A DNA stretch of 64,000 nt from Moniliella sp. 'wahieum' (taxonomy: Eukaryota), in contig RSEE01000020.1 of the NCBI GenBank assembly GCA_003971905.1, positions 372,001 to 436,000 of the forward strand, given 5' to 3'. Shown here piece after piece: positions 44,077 through 56,800 of the stretch (the first letter of the stretch is position 1; every line of letters begins with the position of its first letter). The notes under the pieces were generated by a model that saw only the letters and a program-made list of their open reading frames with translations, made no database searches and was not told where the DNA came from. Position numbers and translations under genes: made by a program.

Positions 44077-44768
44077 CTGGCCAAGTCAGCAGCAGCATGG
44101 GGTTAGCGAGAGACACAGAAAATGTGCGACGGACTCACAGGTCAGGCGATCAAGAGGGCCAGTAGCGAGGTCAAGCGGGATGAAGGCGGAATGTACACTG
44201 GTAGGGCGAACAAGGTTAGGAACAGCGTTGGCATATAACAGAGAAGGGACGTACGACGGCGAAAAAGGTCAGATGAGTCGAGGCGAACAAGACGAGACGA
44301 ACCAACCGTGGGATTCCGTGCATGCAGAGCAGCTGGGTAGATAGTGTCAGTGGCAGGACAACTCCAAGCGCGAAGTACGGGGGACATACGATGGCAAGGC
44401 AGGCCAGCCAAGCGAGAGGACCTCAGGCGAGGCAAAATGGAACCAGACGGACAAGGCCGAAGGTGAGCGAAACGGTGCATGCACATCACGCATGCTACCC
44501 ACAAGGTCAGCAGAAGTGTGGGGAATGCGAAGGAAGCGGGCACGTACGATGGCGCTGCGGATCAGGTGAAACGAGGGCAAGATGGCCACCGAGGGGGTGT
44601 CTGTGTAGGCGGGGTCAGCAACAGAGCGCTGGTGGGCAAGAGAACACATACGACAAAAGCAATGCAGACAGTGAGAGGGGGCCGGGGCGAGAGGCAGAGG
44701 GGGCGTTCACCAGCGATACTGACGAGGCGAGGGGACGGAGTGTGGCGGGAGAGGGAATGGAGACGTAC
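44077..44768 (-). other. Array of six canonical short introns without a continuous ORF (spliced non-coding or pseudogenic unit)
   Basis: Donors GTACGT/GTATGT/GTGAGT at 44768, 44651, 44547, 44389, 44254, 44138; YAG acceptors at 44719, 44601, 44495, 44333, 44198, 44077; CTRAC branch site in five of six. Confidence 0.7.
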
Positions 44769-45752
44769 GGCAGCAATGCAGACCAGGCGCGGAGAACCGA
44801 GCGATGGGGACGGGACTAGCAAGGCGGGCAGTAAGCAGTGCAGGCAACAACGATGGTGATGTTAGTGGTCAGGGGAAGAAGATGGTGCTGTTGCGCCGTG
44901 GCACAGCAGAGCACTCTGAGATGTGTTGGCTGCAGAGATGGGATACTGGTTGCTGCGGGCGCAATGAGAGGGGCGGTGGTGAGGAGACAGGATGCAACCA
45001 CAGAGGAGCAGGAGGTTAAAAGGAGGCGCGTGTGGCGCAGCCACATTCTGTGCGCACAGACCAATCTGGACCACGCCAGGGGCCTAGGTAAGCTATTATA
45101 TCTGTCTATTAACGCCACAACACTAGCGGCCCCCTGCAGCAGTGTTCAAGGGTCTAATCATCAATCAAGCTTCAAGAGCGCTCTCTTGAGTTTGCCGATT
45201 TGAGACTTGCTGTAGTACTAGTTGTCTCTGTTGCGACGGTGACTGGTTACTGGCTTCGCCGAACGCGACGCACTTGCAGCTTCTCTAGCCCCGAGGCTCC
45301 GCGGGCTCCGAAGACTGCTGATGCGCGCGTACCCGCGTAAGCCAACGACGAATAGCCTTGTCCAGTATAGCCCTCTCGTCCTTTCCTACCACCAACGCCT
45401 ATCTCTCGCCCGCAATCGATCGTTTACGCTACTGTCCCAAACGCTTCAGCATTCATTGCGGTCTCCATAGCCGGGTGAATCGCTATACAGGTCACGATTA
45501 TCCTCACTTGATCCATACTAGTGGCCTACGGTGTTACATCAAGCTTCAAGTGAATGGGCACCACATGACTTCTTATGTTCACGCACGATGCACCAAAGTC
45601 CTTGCGCAGGCCGAATGAATGGTCAGTGCTATATCACTGGGAGGAGCTCCTCTAAGTCTTCGGAACTGCGTTCAGGTCCGGGAGCAGCATCGAGCAATGC
45701 GGATACACGTCCGCCGGGCCGCCTGCAACGTTTAGCTGACTCTGCAGCGTGT

Positions 45753-47062
45753 TCACATATGTGGTGGCATCTGGTGGTGTGTTCGAAGACAAGTTGTTAA
45801 ACTCTTTTTCCACCTCGTCCACTGGGCCTGGGCTGTTCGCTCAGTAGTGTCGCTGCCGTTCTGCGTGAAAACCTGAAGGCGCGCCATGGCAATATGGACA
45901 AGGGCAAATTTTTTCACAGCGCACGCTGGAAACCGCTTGAGATGAGCCGGGAGCGTGTTGCGCATGTTGCCCAACTTCCCCCAGGTCTCACGAATGTAGC
46001 CGTCCAGGTTGAACACCGTCCTGTCGGCCTGCGTTGGATGAGGGCCTTGATGGCGGTACTGGAAATGGGTTAGGAGGGGTTAGCTGCAATCCTGGACACA
46101 TAATGAGAGATTATGCGCACTCGATGCAGTAAATCATGCCGCAGAGTATTCCAATGAGGAGTCAGGACCTTCTTGAGCTCATGGAGAAAGTTGTCCATAC
46201 GTCCTCTCCAAGCGAGGTCAAGAGGTATGCACAGGAGTTGCCGCTCGCGCGGTTGCCGTAGCAAGTGGGACACGCGCGACCACAGGTGGGCATTGCTAGT
46301 AATGGACGCATTCGGGGCGCACCACACGATGATCGCAAGGGCAGCAACCCACGTCTGCAGGCATTGAAGTTAGTCCTATAATAACCAATGAAGAATATGA
46401 GGCGAGCATACCTTGTTTGCATCCAAGAACGACCGGTAACCCTGGGGGCTCGCATTGGCAGACGCCATCAAGTTCTGATAATGAGTCTCCATTCTAGTCT
46501 CGATGCGTTCCATACGATCGTTCATGTGGTTGACAGCCCCTACGAGCATACGCAACGTCGTCACAATCTGGTCGGTATTAGACCCTTCCTGTAAATCTCC
46601 CTCGTTGAAGAGGGAAGGGACGGCTGGAAATGATCCTTCCCGTTGGGCCCTGGGCATCGTATCATCGCCGTTGTCGAGCAAAGTGTCGATAGTTGGAAAC
46701 ATCTCGCCGAAAGTGCTCATCGCGCTGTTCCCATCGTTTTCGGTATCAGGAGCCGGAGTTTCCCCCTCCGTTACGGCCTCCTGGGTCATATCATCATCCA
46801 CGTCGATGTTTCCTGTGGTGGTCATGTCCAAGGCATTGTTTGCATCCTCGCCATGGTACTGGGCTTGGGTTAGAATAACATTATTCTCAGAGGGAGCTGT
46901 CCCTTGCTGCGACAGTGTTGTCGGCCGCGCCTGGCGTGTCGCCCTCGCAGCAGAAAGCGCTGATCCAGGACGGACAGAAGGTGTGCCCGCCCCTGCCAAC
47001 GAGGTGCGGCGCCGGAGAGGAATCCGACTGGGGGTTCCTCTTCTGACAATTGGAGGGGCCAT
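45753..47062 (-). CDS. Transposon second ORF (~400 aa, unknown function)
   Basis: ATG at 47062 (MAPPIVRRG); introns 46411-46355 and ~46120-46060 splice in frame (..DANK|TWVAALAIIVW..LLHR|YRHQGP..VFNLDGYIRETW); acidic disordered N-half then helical C-half; may run ~100 nt further through a frameshift. Confidence 0.7.
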
Positions 47063-47134
47063 TGTCGGTACAGTTGGTAAGCTGTATAAGCACAACGGTG
47101 TTGGTTGGGAAGGAAGTTGTAATGCGCTTATACA

Positions 47135-47253
47135 CAAGGAGGACCACCGGGCCTACGGCCCGGTCAGCTGGGGCTTCGCTCCAGCTTGATGCTGCGTCGC
47201 CACCTTAGCACCTTTTCCACTTCGCCACCGTAGCCACCGTTCCACGGTCGCCA
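47135..47253 (-). mobile_element. Helitron 3' terminus, same family as 20687-21176, nested in the CMC element
   Basis: Same ACCGGGCCTACGGCCCGGT hairpin, second AGCTGGGGCTTCGCTCCAGCT hairpin and GCCACC repeats; minus-strand end CTTG|T; 5' end not located. Confidence 0.7.
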
Positions 47254-47986
47254 ACACCGACATAGAGAAATAATATAACCGATGCTTGCTGGCTGCAGGG
47301 GGCGTGGAAGGTGGCACGGGGCAGCTGATGTTAAAAGTGCACAGGGCGAATCGAGGGATAATATAGGACCGGATGGTGAGAACCGGAGGGTCCTGATATC
47401 CTGGCGATCCCTCTGGTTCCTTAACCTTGGTGGCGCATCCAACAAGCAACCCCCGCAAGATGAACGGTTATTAGGTTTAGACGCAGGGTTCCCCCTGTCC
47501 CAGCCTTACGCTCTGTCAATGAAATAGACGCGATCTAGGGATATTGTGAGAAGAGCCGCATCAGTATGGTCTGTGTGTTTCGACCAGGGTCTATCGCGCC
47601 CCGTGCAGTTCAAGGAGCTCCGATGTTGTAACCATTAATTCAATTTAACTTTGCGTTTTCTTTTCCCAAGATGCATGATCTCCGCATCCCTAAGGTATAG
47701 CCTCTGTTGTTTTGATGCATCCTTGTATTAGGCGTGTCGTTGGCTGGTGGCGTATTCGACCACCACACGACCAACACTATAGTGCTATCGCATCACCCAT
47801 TAGGGTGGCCATCTGGACTGCACTCTCATCAGATAGGGGATCACGAATGTAATACGCCTTGGAAGAGCATCAAAAAGAAGCGGGAGAGCGTGCGTCTCTG
47901 GTCTGTATGGGACAGGGGGGGCAAGGTTTAAGGTTGGAGGGCCGCGATTGTCTGTCGGGCCGGTGGCAAGAAAAGCACCCACACCA

Positions 47987-50900
47987 TGCATCATGTACAA
48001 CCCATCGCCCATCCTTACCAAGTCGCCACCGCCATGCTTCGACCTCGGCTCAGTGGTGCCGCCCGATGGAACAAGCTCGCACACGTGCACAATGGGACAG
48101 AAGCATCTGCTACCTGTTTCCTCGGCCTGGTCCACGGTGCAGCAGAACGGGAGGTTGCTTTCCAGTGCCGTGCTTGCCAGTTCGACCGATGACCCAGTTT
48201 GATGCACTCAAGCACGCGAAGGTGCGCAAGCACATCCATAACGTGGTGCTGGGTGCGAGGATGGGGGCTAGTCACGCCCACGCCATTGACGAGGTGGCCG
48301 AAGATGCGAGCATGCCCCCCCAGCCACCTAACGCACGCTCGCCTTCCCCTGCTTCCCGTGCCTCTTCACCTGTAGACACTACCATGGCCGAGGACGAGTT
48401 AGGCCAGACGCAGCCCAGTGTTTCCTTTGAACCGCCTTCAAGAGCCCACGGGCGTGTCCTTTGCCGCCGTGGGCGCGTGCACCCGCTCGGCGCCTCGAAT
48501 GAGCGTGTCGAGCAAATCCGCAACCAAGAGACTCTCGAGCACTTGCTTTGGGCCAAGGTGATGATGTGATCGGCGACGAAGATGACTCGAATGGACTGAT
48601 GCCGAGGATGACCTCGACTGGGACAGGGAGATGATGGGCGCAGGGTCGAACGCCACGGCGCACGCAGCCGGATGCATGCGTCTTCCGCCACAGAGAACGG
48701 CAGCATCACGGCTGGCGGCCCAAGCCTCATGCTGCTGAAGCAAGGATCAAGCTTATGGAACGACTGGTGGCCAATCCCCAGCGTCATGGCCTGCCGCAGG
48801 CGTCTTTGAGTCACCAATGGTACGTCACATGTCACATTCTTGCTCTCTTGCTCGTTTGAGTGTGACTGGTGAGATTAACCTGCCAGCCGCAGATCTGGGC
48901 AGTTATGAACGTGTTCTATGGCTCGGTATTCTCCTTCTCAAGGCGCCAGGCCCGGGCAGCATTGCTCTTGATGCGGCTCGCCCGCTGCTTGCAGTGCGCC
49001 ATACCTACATGGCACAAGGTGTCGCAAGTGCGGAGGAAACTCAACGGGCCGTTCACATCTGTTCCGAAGTATGTTGACTCTTCTCTGAGCGAGACGTACT
49101 TCAGTCCATTGGATGAGATCGCACGTCTGGCGTATGGCAACACCCGCTTGCGGAGCGTGATCGAGGACTTGCCAGTGAAGCGAGCTGTGGTGCGCAACGT
49201 ATCAGATGGCCAACGTTTCTATAAGGTCATGTCACGACAGCCGACTGCTGTCAACAGCTGCGGGAGAGTATTTTGGTTGGACGAACCCGCGGCTGTGAAG
49301 AGGCAGAGACCTGACACACAACCTCCCCATCCCCAGCGGATCGTTCTTGTCCAAGGATGGCACATTGAAGCTGACTCAAACGCTCCTCGGCGTGTAATGG
49401 CCCGTGTGAGAGACATGGTTCTGGATGATGGTGCTGGAGGCGCCGCTGGCATGATACGGCAAACATATCGTGTGTCCCCTACAGCTGAACAATCGGTTGT
49501 TCCACTCGACGATCTCACGCCCTTCAAGGAACAGGCCTACCGTCGCCTGTCATTTCGCGACCAGTCTGGTGACGTTGTGGCGCAGAACTCGCTCCGCGCC
49601 ATGTCTAAGGAGCATGGTGCCGACCGCGTTATCTTTGCACCCATGATGGCTTGGTGCGACGACGCGCGCGTTTTCAGCCACAGCCGGCAGCGTGCGGGTG
49701 CAACAGTCATCTACCTGTCCTGGGCCGGTCTTCCTCAAAGCCACCTGTTCGCGGATGAGGGTACGAGTTTGTTCATGGTCAAGCTGGGAACTGATGAAGT
49801 GCGCGCGTTTGAGGCCCTTGTGCGCCAGGTCCAGTATGTCTTTGTTACTAAGCTATCTTATATATATGTCACCGCTGACTGGCATTTCTGCTCAGGATAT
49901 GGGGAAAGACAGGCATCAAGGGGGCCGACGGAATATCAGGCCGCCCGATTGTCCTCCTTGTTCATGCTGTGGTAGCGGACAACCCAGCGGGAAACCACCT
50001 TGCTGCCCGTGCCCTCAGTCCTAGCCCCCTGTGCTGCCGTATTTGCGGGGCCAATTTCCAGAACCGCGGCCATGCTGACCAAATTCTGCATGTGCTCACA
50101 GGAGGTGTGAAGCGAAGCAATAAGCAGATCCAAGCGAACCTCGAGAGGCAGGTGGATCACGCTATCCTGGGCAATAACGCTGCATACGACCGGGAACGCG
50201 CCGCGACGGGCGACAGGGACCCCAACGTCCACCGACTCTGCTGCTCCTGTGTCGCCGACATGGACATGTTCGAGAATAAGGGTGAGAAGCAGCCCATTCA
50301 CACTCGCCCGTCCCGGAAGGGATTTGCTTTGCCTAAGACAAGGGCTAGGGTCATTGAGCTGAACCAATCCGAGGCGGACGATCTGCGACGGAAGAGTTTC
50401 TTGATGTGCCCGGCGCTGTCCCTGCCGCAGTTTGATGTGGCGGACTGCTTTCCCCTCGACTTTCTTCACACCTTCCTCCTCGGAATAGGGAAGGACCTGC
50501 TAAAGTTGGTGGCGACAAGGGTGAAGCCTAAGGCGAAGGAGCAATTGGCGATATTCATCAGCGGTCTCAACACGGAGGGTATCCCTGGCGCAGAGGGCAC
50601 CAAGATCCGAGCTAAGGGTTTGATGGCTAACCTAAAGACTGGGGTTGGGAAAGATGTGCGCACTATGCTTGTGGCTCTCCCATTCGCGGCACTCCCTATC
50701 CTTGAGACCGGAAAAGAGGCCAACAATGAGAAGGAGTTCACGTTTCCGATTCCGCTTTATGATGCTATCGTCGCGGCAGCCGACCTGCATGGTTTGCTTT
50801 CCAGGACATGGTACCCGGCAGCCGGGCAGGCCAGGGCCCAGTTCATGGTACGTCCCACAGCCTTGATTGATATACGGGTTTAGACGCTGACATGCCTGTT

Positions 50901-52191
50901 ATGGCTGGAACAGTACCGGGTGACCCAGACTGCATACCGACTGATCGAACGCCTTTCGAGACTCGGCCCCGACAGCGCCATGATCGCGACGCGACCGAAG
51001 CTCCATCTCCTCCTGGCGCATACGTCTGATGCGCTCGAATTGTTCGGCCCTCTCCAGAACACGGACGCTGCCAGATTCGAGGGTCGCGTGAAGCACATCC
51101 GTGCGTCCGTTGCCCATTGCAACTTCCAGAACCTCCCGCGTGACACCTTGTACAACGTCATGGTCGCCGAGAAGATTCTGCACCACTCTTCACCGGGGTA
51201 TGATGTGTCTAGTGACGGCTCGGTGGTGGCTCGGCCTGGAGCTCCTCCCGGGGTGCTGGAGCAAGGGAAGGAAGAGCCCGACTACGACTCTGATGGCATG
51301 GCGATTCCACGAGTGGTGCTGGCCCCAGCCAAGAACCAATCCTCGGTGGGTTGCAACAACCTCACCGACGAGGAGCTGGGTCGTTTCCAGTTGGCGGACC
51401 GTGTCAAGGTGCGGGCGCAGTACCTGGTGGGCAAGGCGGCTGTTATCGCTACAGGGGAGATGATCCGTGTGGGGATGAACGTGACGATCGGCCAGAAGTC
51501 GGCCGAGTACAGCGCGTCCGCCGACTTTGTTATTGGCAAGATCCTCCGGATTGGGCGCGACCCGTTGGATGAGAAGGCTGCCTGGGTCGGGTACAGGCCG
51601 TACATCATCACGGGTAGCACGCATCGCTCAGGCTGCCGCATTGTCCGCGAACTCGATGATGGTGATGCTCCAGAAGAGTTTGCCCTATTGATGGTGAGCA
51701 CCGATGAGTGCTGAATCCGGCTGCGTGACAATTGCTCATCAAGTACTGACACTGGGACATTGTGACCACAGGATGTTGGCAGCGAGGCGCCTCTCCAGCA
51801 CGCCTGCACCAAGAAGTGCATGATAGAGCAAGACGGCGAGAAAATACTGGTGCACAACTACGAGAAGGACCCAGTCTCGGGGGAGAATGAGGCGATGGAG
51901 TACTTCATCCCGGCGGCTTCTCATTTTAAAGCCAAGAATGGGAAGCGGCTGGTATTGAACGAATACGCTATGCGAAGTCCACCACACCACAAGCCGCACA
52001 TGGACTTGAGGATCAGCTGGAAGTCCCCCGAACTGAGCGCCAACGCGCTGAGCAAAGACGTGGCCCAGAGGATTGCAACGAACGGTGCCATGCACCTGTG
52101 GGACAAGCGCGCCAAGAAGAAGACACCTGCCGTGGCCGCTGTCGGAGGAGGGGGCAACAGCGGCGACTCTTCGGACAGTGATAATGATTGA
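47987..52191 (+). CDS. CMC/EnSpm-type DDE transposase
   Basis: N-terminal CxxC..H..H finger (FQCRAC..KHAKVRKH); AWCDDARV (D), VVADNP (D), CCRIC, DFLHTFLLG, RPKLHLLLAH..LFGP..RFEG (E), QHACTKKC..H..LNEYAMRS; introns 48820-48892, ~49835-49896, 50848-50913, 51694-51771. Confidence 0.88.
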
Positions 52192-53867
52192 TGCGAGAAC
52201 CAAATGGACATATGCATCGCGCGATGAGGATGAGTATAGGTTTGGTGTCAGTAGTCAGTCGTCAGTAGCCAGGCCATAGGGTGGTGCGCATCCCGGACCC
52301 ATCAGCCGGAACCTCTCGAGACGTGAGATGGGGCGGTGGGCGGCGCTTTGACATGATGCGCATGCGCACATAAGCTTCTTTTGCCGGCGAACGAGCCAGG
52401 TGACGGGTGACTGTCATGCGTCCCATGCGCACGGGCATGGCCGAAGCGAAGGGGCGGTTATGGAGTAAGAGGCCAGACGGTGAGGCGTCGGTTGCAGCCC
52501 CAAATGGATGTCGCCACAAGCGTCGGGTCTCTGCCACGGCCTCCTCAGCCCCACTCCGCTTATCCAGCCGATCTACCCATTTTCCAATCCCGCCATGACC
52601 CATGTTTCAATTTTTCACACCCGCCCGTGCTGCCTGTGAAATCGGCCGCACTGCAATACGGAGGGGAACCGCGGCGAGGCGTTTGCAGGCGCCGCTGCCT
52701 TGCCGGCGGGAAAAGCGGGGTTTAAAAAAAACGTTATGTGAAGAATAAATCGAAAGACGATACGTGGGGCCCGCACCATGCATGCACCATGCTTAAAACG
52801 TTTTCTAATGTGTTGAAAGCAGTTTATACTTTCGCGAGACCGCCACTGGGGTGCTGGGCATGTTGGCCACATAGGTGGTGGGAAGCAAACGGGATCGAGG
52901 GACAAGTGGTGATTATGCAATGATAATGATGTTAATGATTCATAATCGGCACGCGATCGATGGCGTCGGGCGTGAGAAAAAACCAGGTGGATGCAGAAGA
53001 GGTGGCTGTGGTGGGGCAGGCGTGTGGACCATTTTTTTTTGGGCACGATTAATTGATTGAGAGGGACAGGGACTAGTGATCGATGGACAAGGCATGGAGA
53101 CGATAGGGAGAGCCAACGCGCAGCGCAGATGTGGATACACACCACGGGCGCGTGTTGCGATCGGCTCGTTCGGTATAGCGGTTGCGTGGCTCCGGGGCGG
53201 CCACAGGAGCTTTGCGCCTTAGGAAAAAAGCTCAAGCTGAGCTGAGCGCCTGGCCGCGCTCTGCCCGCCCGCCGGACTCAGCGGGTGGGTGCTGAGTGCT
53301 GGCTGAGCGTTGAGTGGGCGTGGCGTGAAAGGAAGGGGCGGTGAGAAAACAAGCGAGAGGGCCGTGGGAAGCAACACCCAAGGCAGGCGCGCCTTTGGTT
53401 GGGTGGAGTTGCTTTTGCGGGGGGGCGAGATAACGGCGGCAGGCGCACTGGGCCAGTGTGTGGGGCATGTTGGAGCCCCGTTTTTTAGGCTCCTGGGGCG
53501 GCAACGCGCCAGTGTGCCTGCCAAGGGCGGTGCGAAAGTGGCGCCGTGCAGCGGCCGAAGCAAACGTGGCACGCGTCAGCAGGGGTCCGCCTGGCCAGCG
53601 ACTGGCGCTGTGCCGCATCTGCGCCGTCTGCTGCGCCGCCCGCTGCGCCGAGGTACGCTCTGCGCCGCTTGGGCCCGCGCTCGGCCACTGGGCCAGTGTA
53701 TGCCAGCGCACGGGCCCAGCACCCCCACCAAAAAAATAAGCGGGCAGCCGATTGCTTCCTTCGCTCCTCTCTTCCCCCGCTTTATCTGTGGCCTTCTCCT
53801 TTTTCTCGCCCCCCCCTCCCCACCACCACCAACACCACCACCCGATCTGACCAGCACAGAACGGACG

Positions 53868-56800
53868 ATGGCAGCCCACAACCCGTCGGTCGTCGACCCC
53901 TTCGTCAGCGTGCCCGCCACGCCCAGCGTTCTCACCGGACATGCCATTCCCACCCTTGCAAAAATCCGCCAGAACATGGGCGGCGCTGACGATGGAGAGC
54001 CCCTGCGCAAGCTCATGGTCGCCAATCGCGGCGAGATTGCTATCCGCGTCTTTCGCACTGCTCACGAGTTGCCATGTCCACAGTCGCCATCTACTCCAAC
54101 GAAGACCGCATGTCAGCCCACCGCTGGAAGGCCGACGAGGCATACCAGGTCGGGGCAGGCCTCTCGGCTGTTGGTGCCTACCTGGCGATCGATGATATTA
54201 TCCGCATTGCTCTGGACCACGGGGTTGACATGATTCAGATGTATTCCTTTTTCCTTCCTTGATCGACGGTGGTGATGTGGCTAACTTCCATCCCCTCTAG
54301 CCCGGGTATGGTTTCCTGTCGGAGAACGCCGAGTTTGCACGCAAAGTCGAGGCTGCCGGAATTGCTTTCATTGGCCCGCGTCCTGAGACGATCGATGGAT
54401 TGGGCGACAGGTCAAGGCTCGTGACCTGGCCCGCCGGGCGGGGGTGTCGATTGTGCCGGGTACGCCTGGCCCGATTGAGAGCTACGAAGAGGCCAAAGAT
54501 TTCATCAAAGAGGCCGGTTTCCCTGTCATTATCAAGGCTGCCATGGGCGGTGGTGGCCGCGGCATGCGTGTTGTTCGCAGTGCCGATGAATTTGAGCAAG
54601 CCTTTTCGATGGCCAAGTCGGAAGCCAAGTCGGCCTTTGGTGACCCAACTGTGTTCATTGAGCGCTTCCTTGACCACCCCCGCCACATTGAGGTTCAGCT
54701 CCTGGCTGATGGCGAGGGCAATGTGGTTCACCTGTATGAGCGTGACTGCTCAGTGCAGCGCCGGCATCAAAAGGTGGTTGAGGTCGCTCCGGCCTCCAAC
54801 TTGCATGAGAAGGTGCGCCAGGCCATCTTGAATGATGCGGTTAAGCTGGCCAAGACGGCGGGCTACCGCAACGCCGGCACTGCCGAGTTCCTTGTTGACC
54901 AGCAGAACCGCCACTACTTTATCGAAATCAACCCACGACTCCAAGTCGAGCACACCATCACCGAGGAGATCACGGGCATTGACATTGTCGGGGCTCAGAT
55001 TCAAATCGCAGCAGGTGCGACATTGGACGACCTGGGACTGACCCAGCAGACAATCCAGAAGCGTGGTTCGGCCATTCAATGTCGTATCACCACGGAGGAC
55101 CCGACTCAGAACTTCCAACCTGACACCGGCAAAATTGAGGTCTACCGCTCGGCTGGCGGGAACGGTGTCCGCCTTGATGCCTCCAGTGGGTTTGCCGGTG
55201 CGCAGATTACCCCCCACTATGACTCCCTCTTGGTCAAGGTCACCTGCCGTGGAGCGACGTACGAAGTGACAAGGCGCAAGATGCTTCGTGCGCTGGTCGA
55301 ATTCCGTATCCGGGGAGTCAAGACCAACATCCCTTTCCTTGTCCGCCTCATCACGCACGACTCCTTTGCCTCGGCCAACACTTGGACGACAATGATCGAT
55401 GACACCCCCGAGCTCTTCAACCTGGTCCAGAGCCAGAACCGAGCCCAAAAGCTCCTCGCTTACCTGGGCGATATGGCGGTCAACGGTACTTCAATTCAAG
55501 GTCAGATGGGCGAGCCAGGGCTTAAGACGGAGGTGGAGATCCCGCCCTTGACCAACCCAGATGACCCGACGAAAACAATTGACACGGCGGTGCCGTGCCA
55601 GGAGGGATGGCGCTCCATCCTTCTCCACGAGGGTCCTGAGGCATTTGCCAAGGCAGTGCGAGCCTACAAGGGCACTCTGATTATGGATACGACGTGGCGT
55701 GATGCACACCAGTCTCTCCTGGCCACACGTCTGCGTACGATCGAGATGACCAACATTGCCAAGACCACCTCGTACGCGTTGAAGAACGCGTTTTCCCTCG
55801 AGTGCTGGGGGGGCTACGTTCGATGTTGCCATGCGTTTCTTGTATGAGGACCCTTGGGAGCGCTTGCGCAAACTGCGCAAGCTTGTTCCCAACATTCCCT
55901 TCCAGGCACTTATCCGTGGTGCCAACGCCGTCGGTTACACGTCGTACCCGGACAACCTGATCTACGAGTTTAGCAAGAAGGCGGTTGAGAACGGCCTGGA
56001 CATCTTCCGTGTCTTTGATTCGCTCAACGACCTAGGCAGTTTGCGCTGGGCATTGATGCAGCCAAGAAGGCGGGTGGAGTGGCGGAAGGTACGGTGTGCT
56101 ACACGGGCGACGTGGCCAACCCAAAGCCCACCCCAAGTACACGCTCGACTACTACATGCACCTCGTCGACGAGTTGGTCAGACGGGCATTCACATTCTCG
56201 GTGTCAAGGATATGGCTGGTCTGCTGAAGCCGCGGCGGCCCGTCTGCTGATCGGCACCATCCGCAAAAAGTACCCCGACTTGCCCATCCATGTGCACTCG
56301 CACGACACCGCGGGGATTGCACTAAGCTCCATGCTGGCTGCTGCTGAGGCTGGAGCTGATGTGGTGGATGTTGCGATCGATTCCATGTCGGGTCTTACGT
56401 CACAGCCTTCGATGGGTGCTTTGGTCGCCGCTCTGGAACAGACGGGCCTTGGACCTGGGATTCGACATGAGGACATTATGGCGCTCAACCTCTACTGGAC
56501 CTCGGTGCGCCAACTGTACCAGTGCTTTGAGCAAGAAGTCAGGCATCGGACTCGTCCGTGTTTGACCACGAGATGCCTGGTGGGCAATACACCAATCTCA
56601 TGTTCCAGTCCATGTCCCTCGGCTTGGGAAGTCGTGGAGTGAAATCAAGAAGGCCTACATTGTAGCTAACAAGCTCTGTGGCGACATTGTCAAAGTTACT
56701 CCATCCTCCAAGGTCGTCGGCGACTTTGCTCAGTTCCTTGTTGCCAACAAGTTGACCAAAGCCGAGGTGGAAGCGCGTGCCGACAAGCTTGACTTCCCAA

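Larger units (their letters stand above)
43503..52629 (+). mobile_element. CMC/EnSpm (CACTA-like) DNA transposon, 9127 bp
   Basis: Left TIR CACGGGGGGTGTGAAAAATTAAAA (43503-43526); right TIR reverse complement CACGGGCGGGTGTGAAAAATTGAAA (52605-52629); CT on both flanks (43501-43502, 52630-52631); internal CMC-type transposase. Confidence 0.9.
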
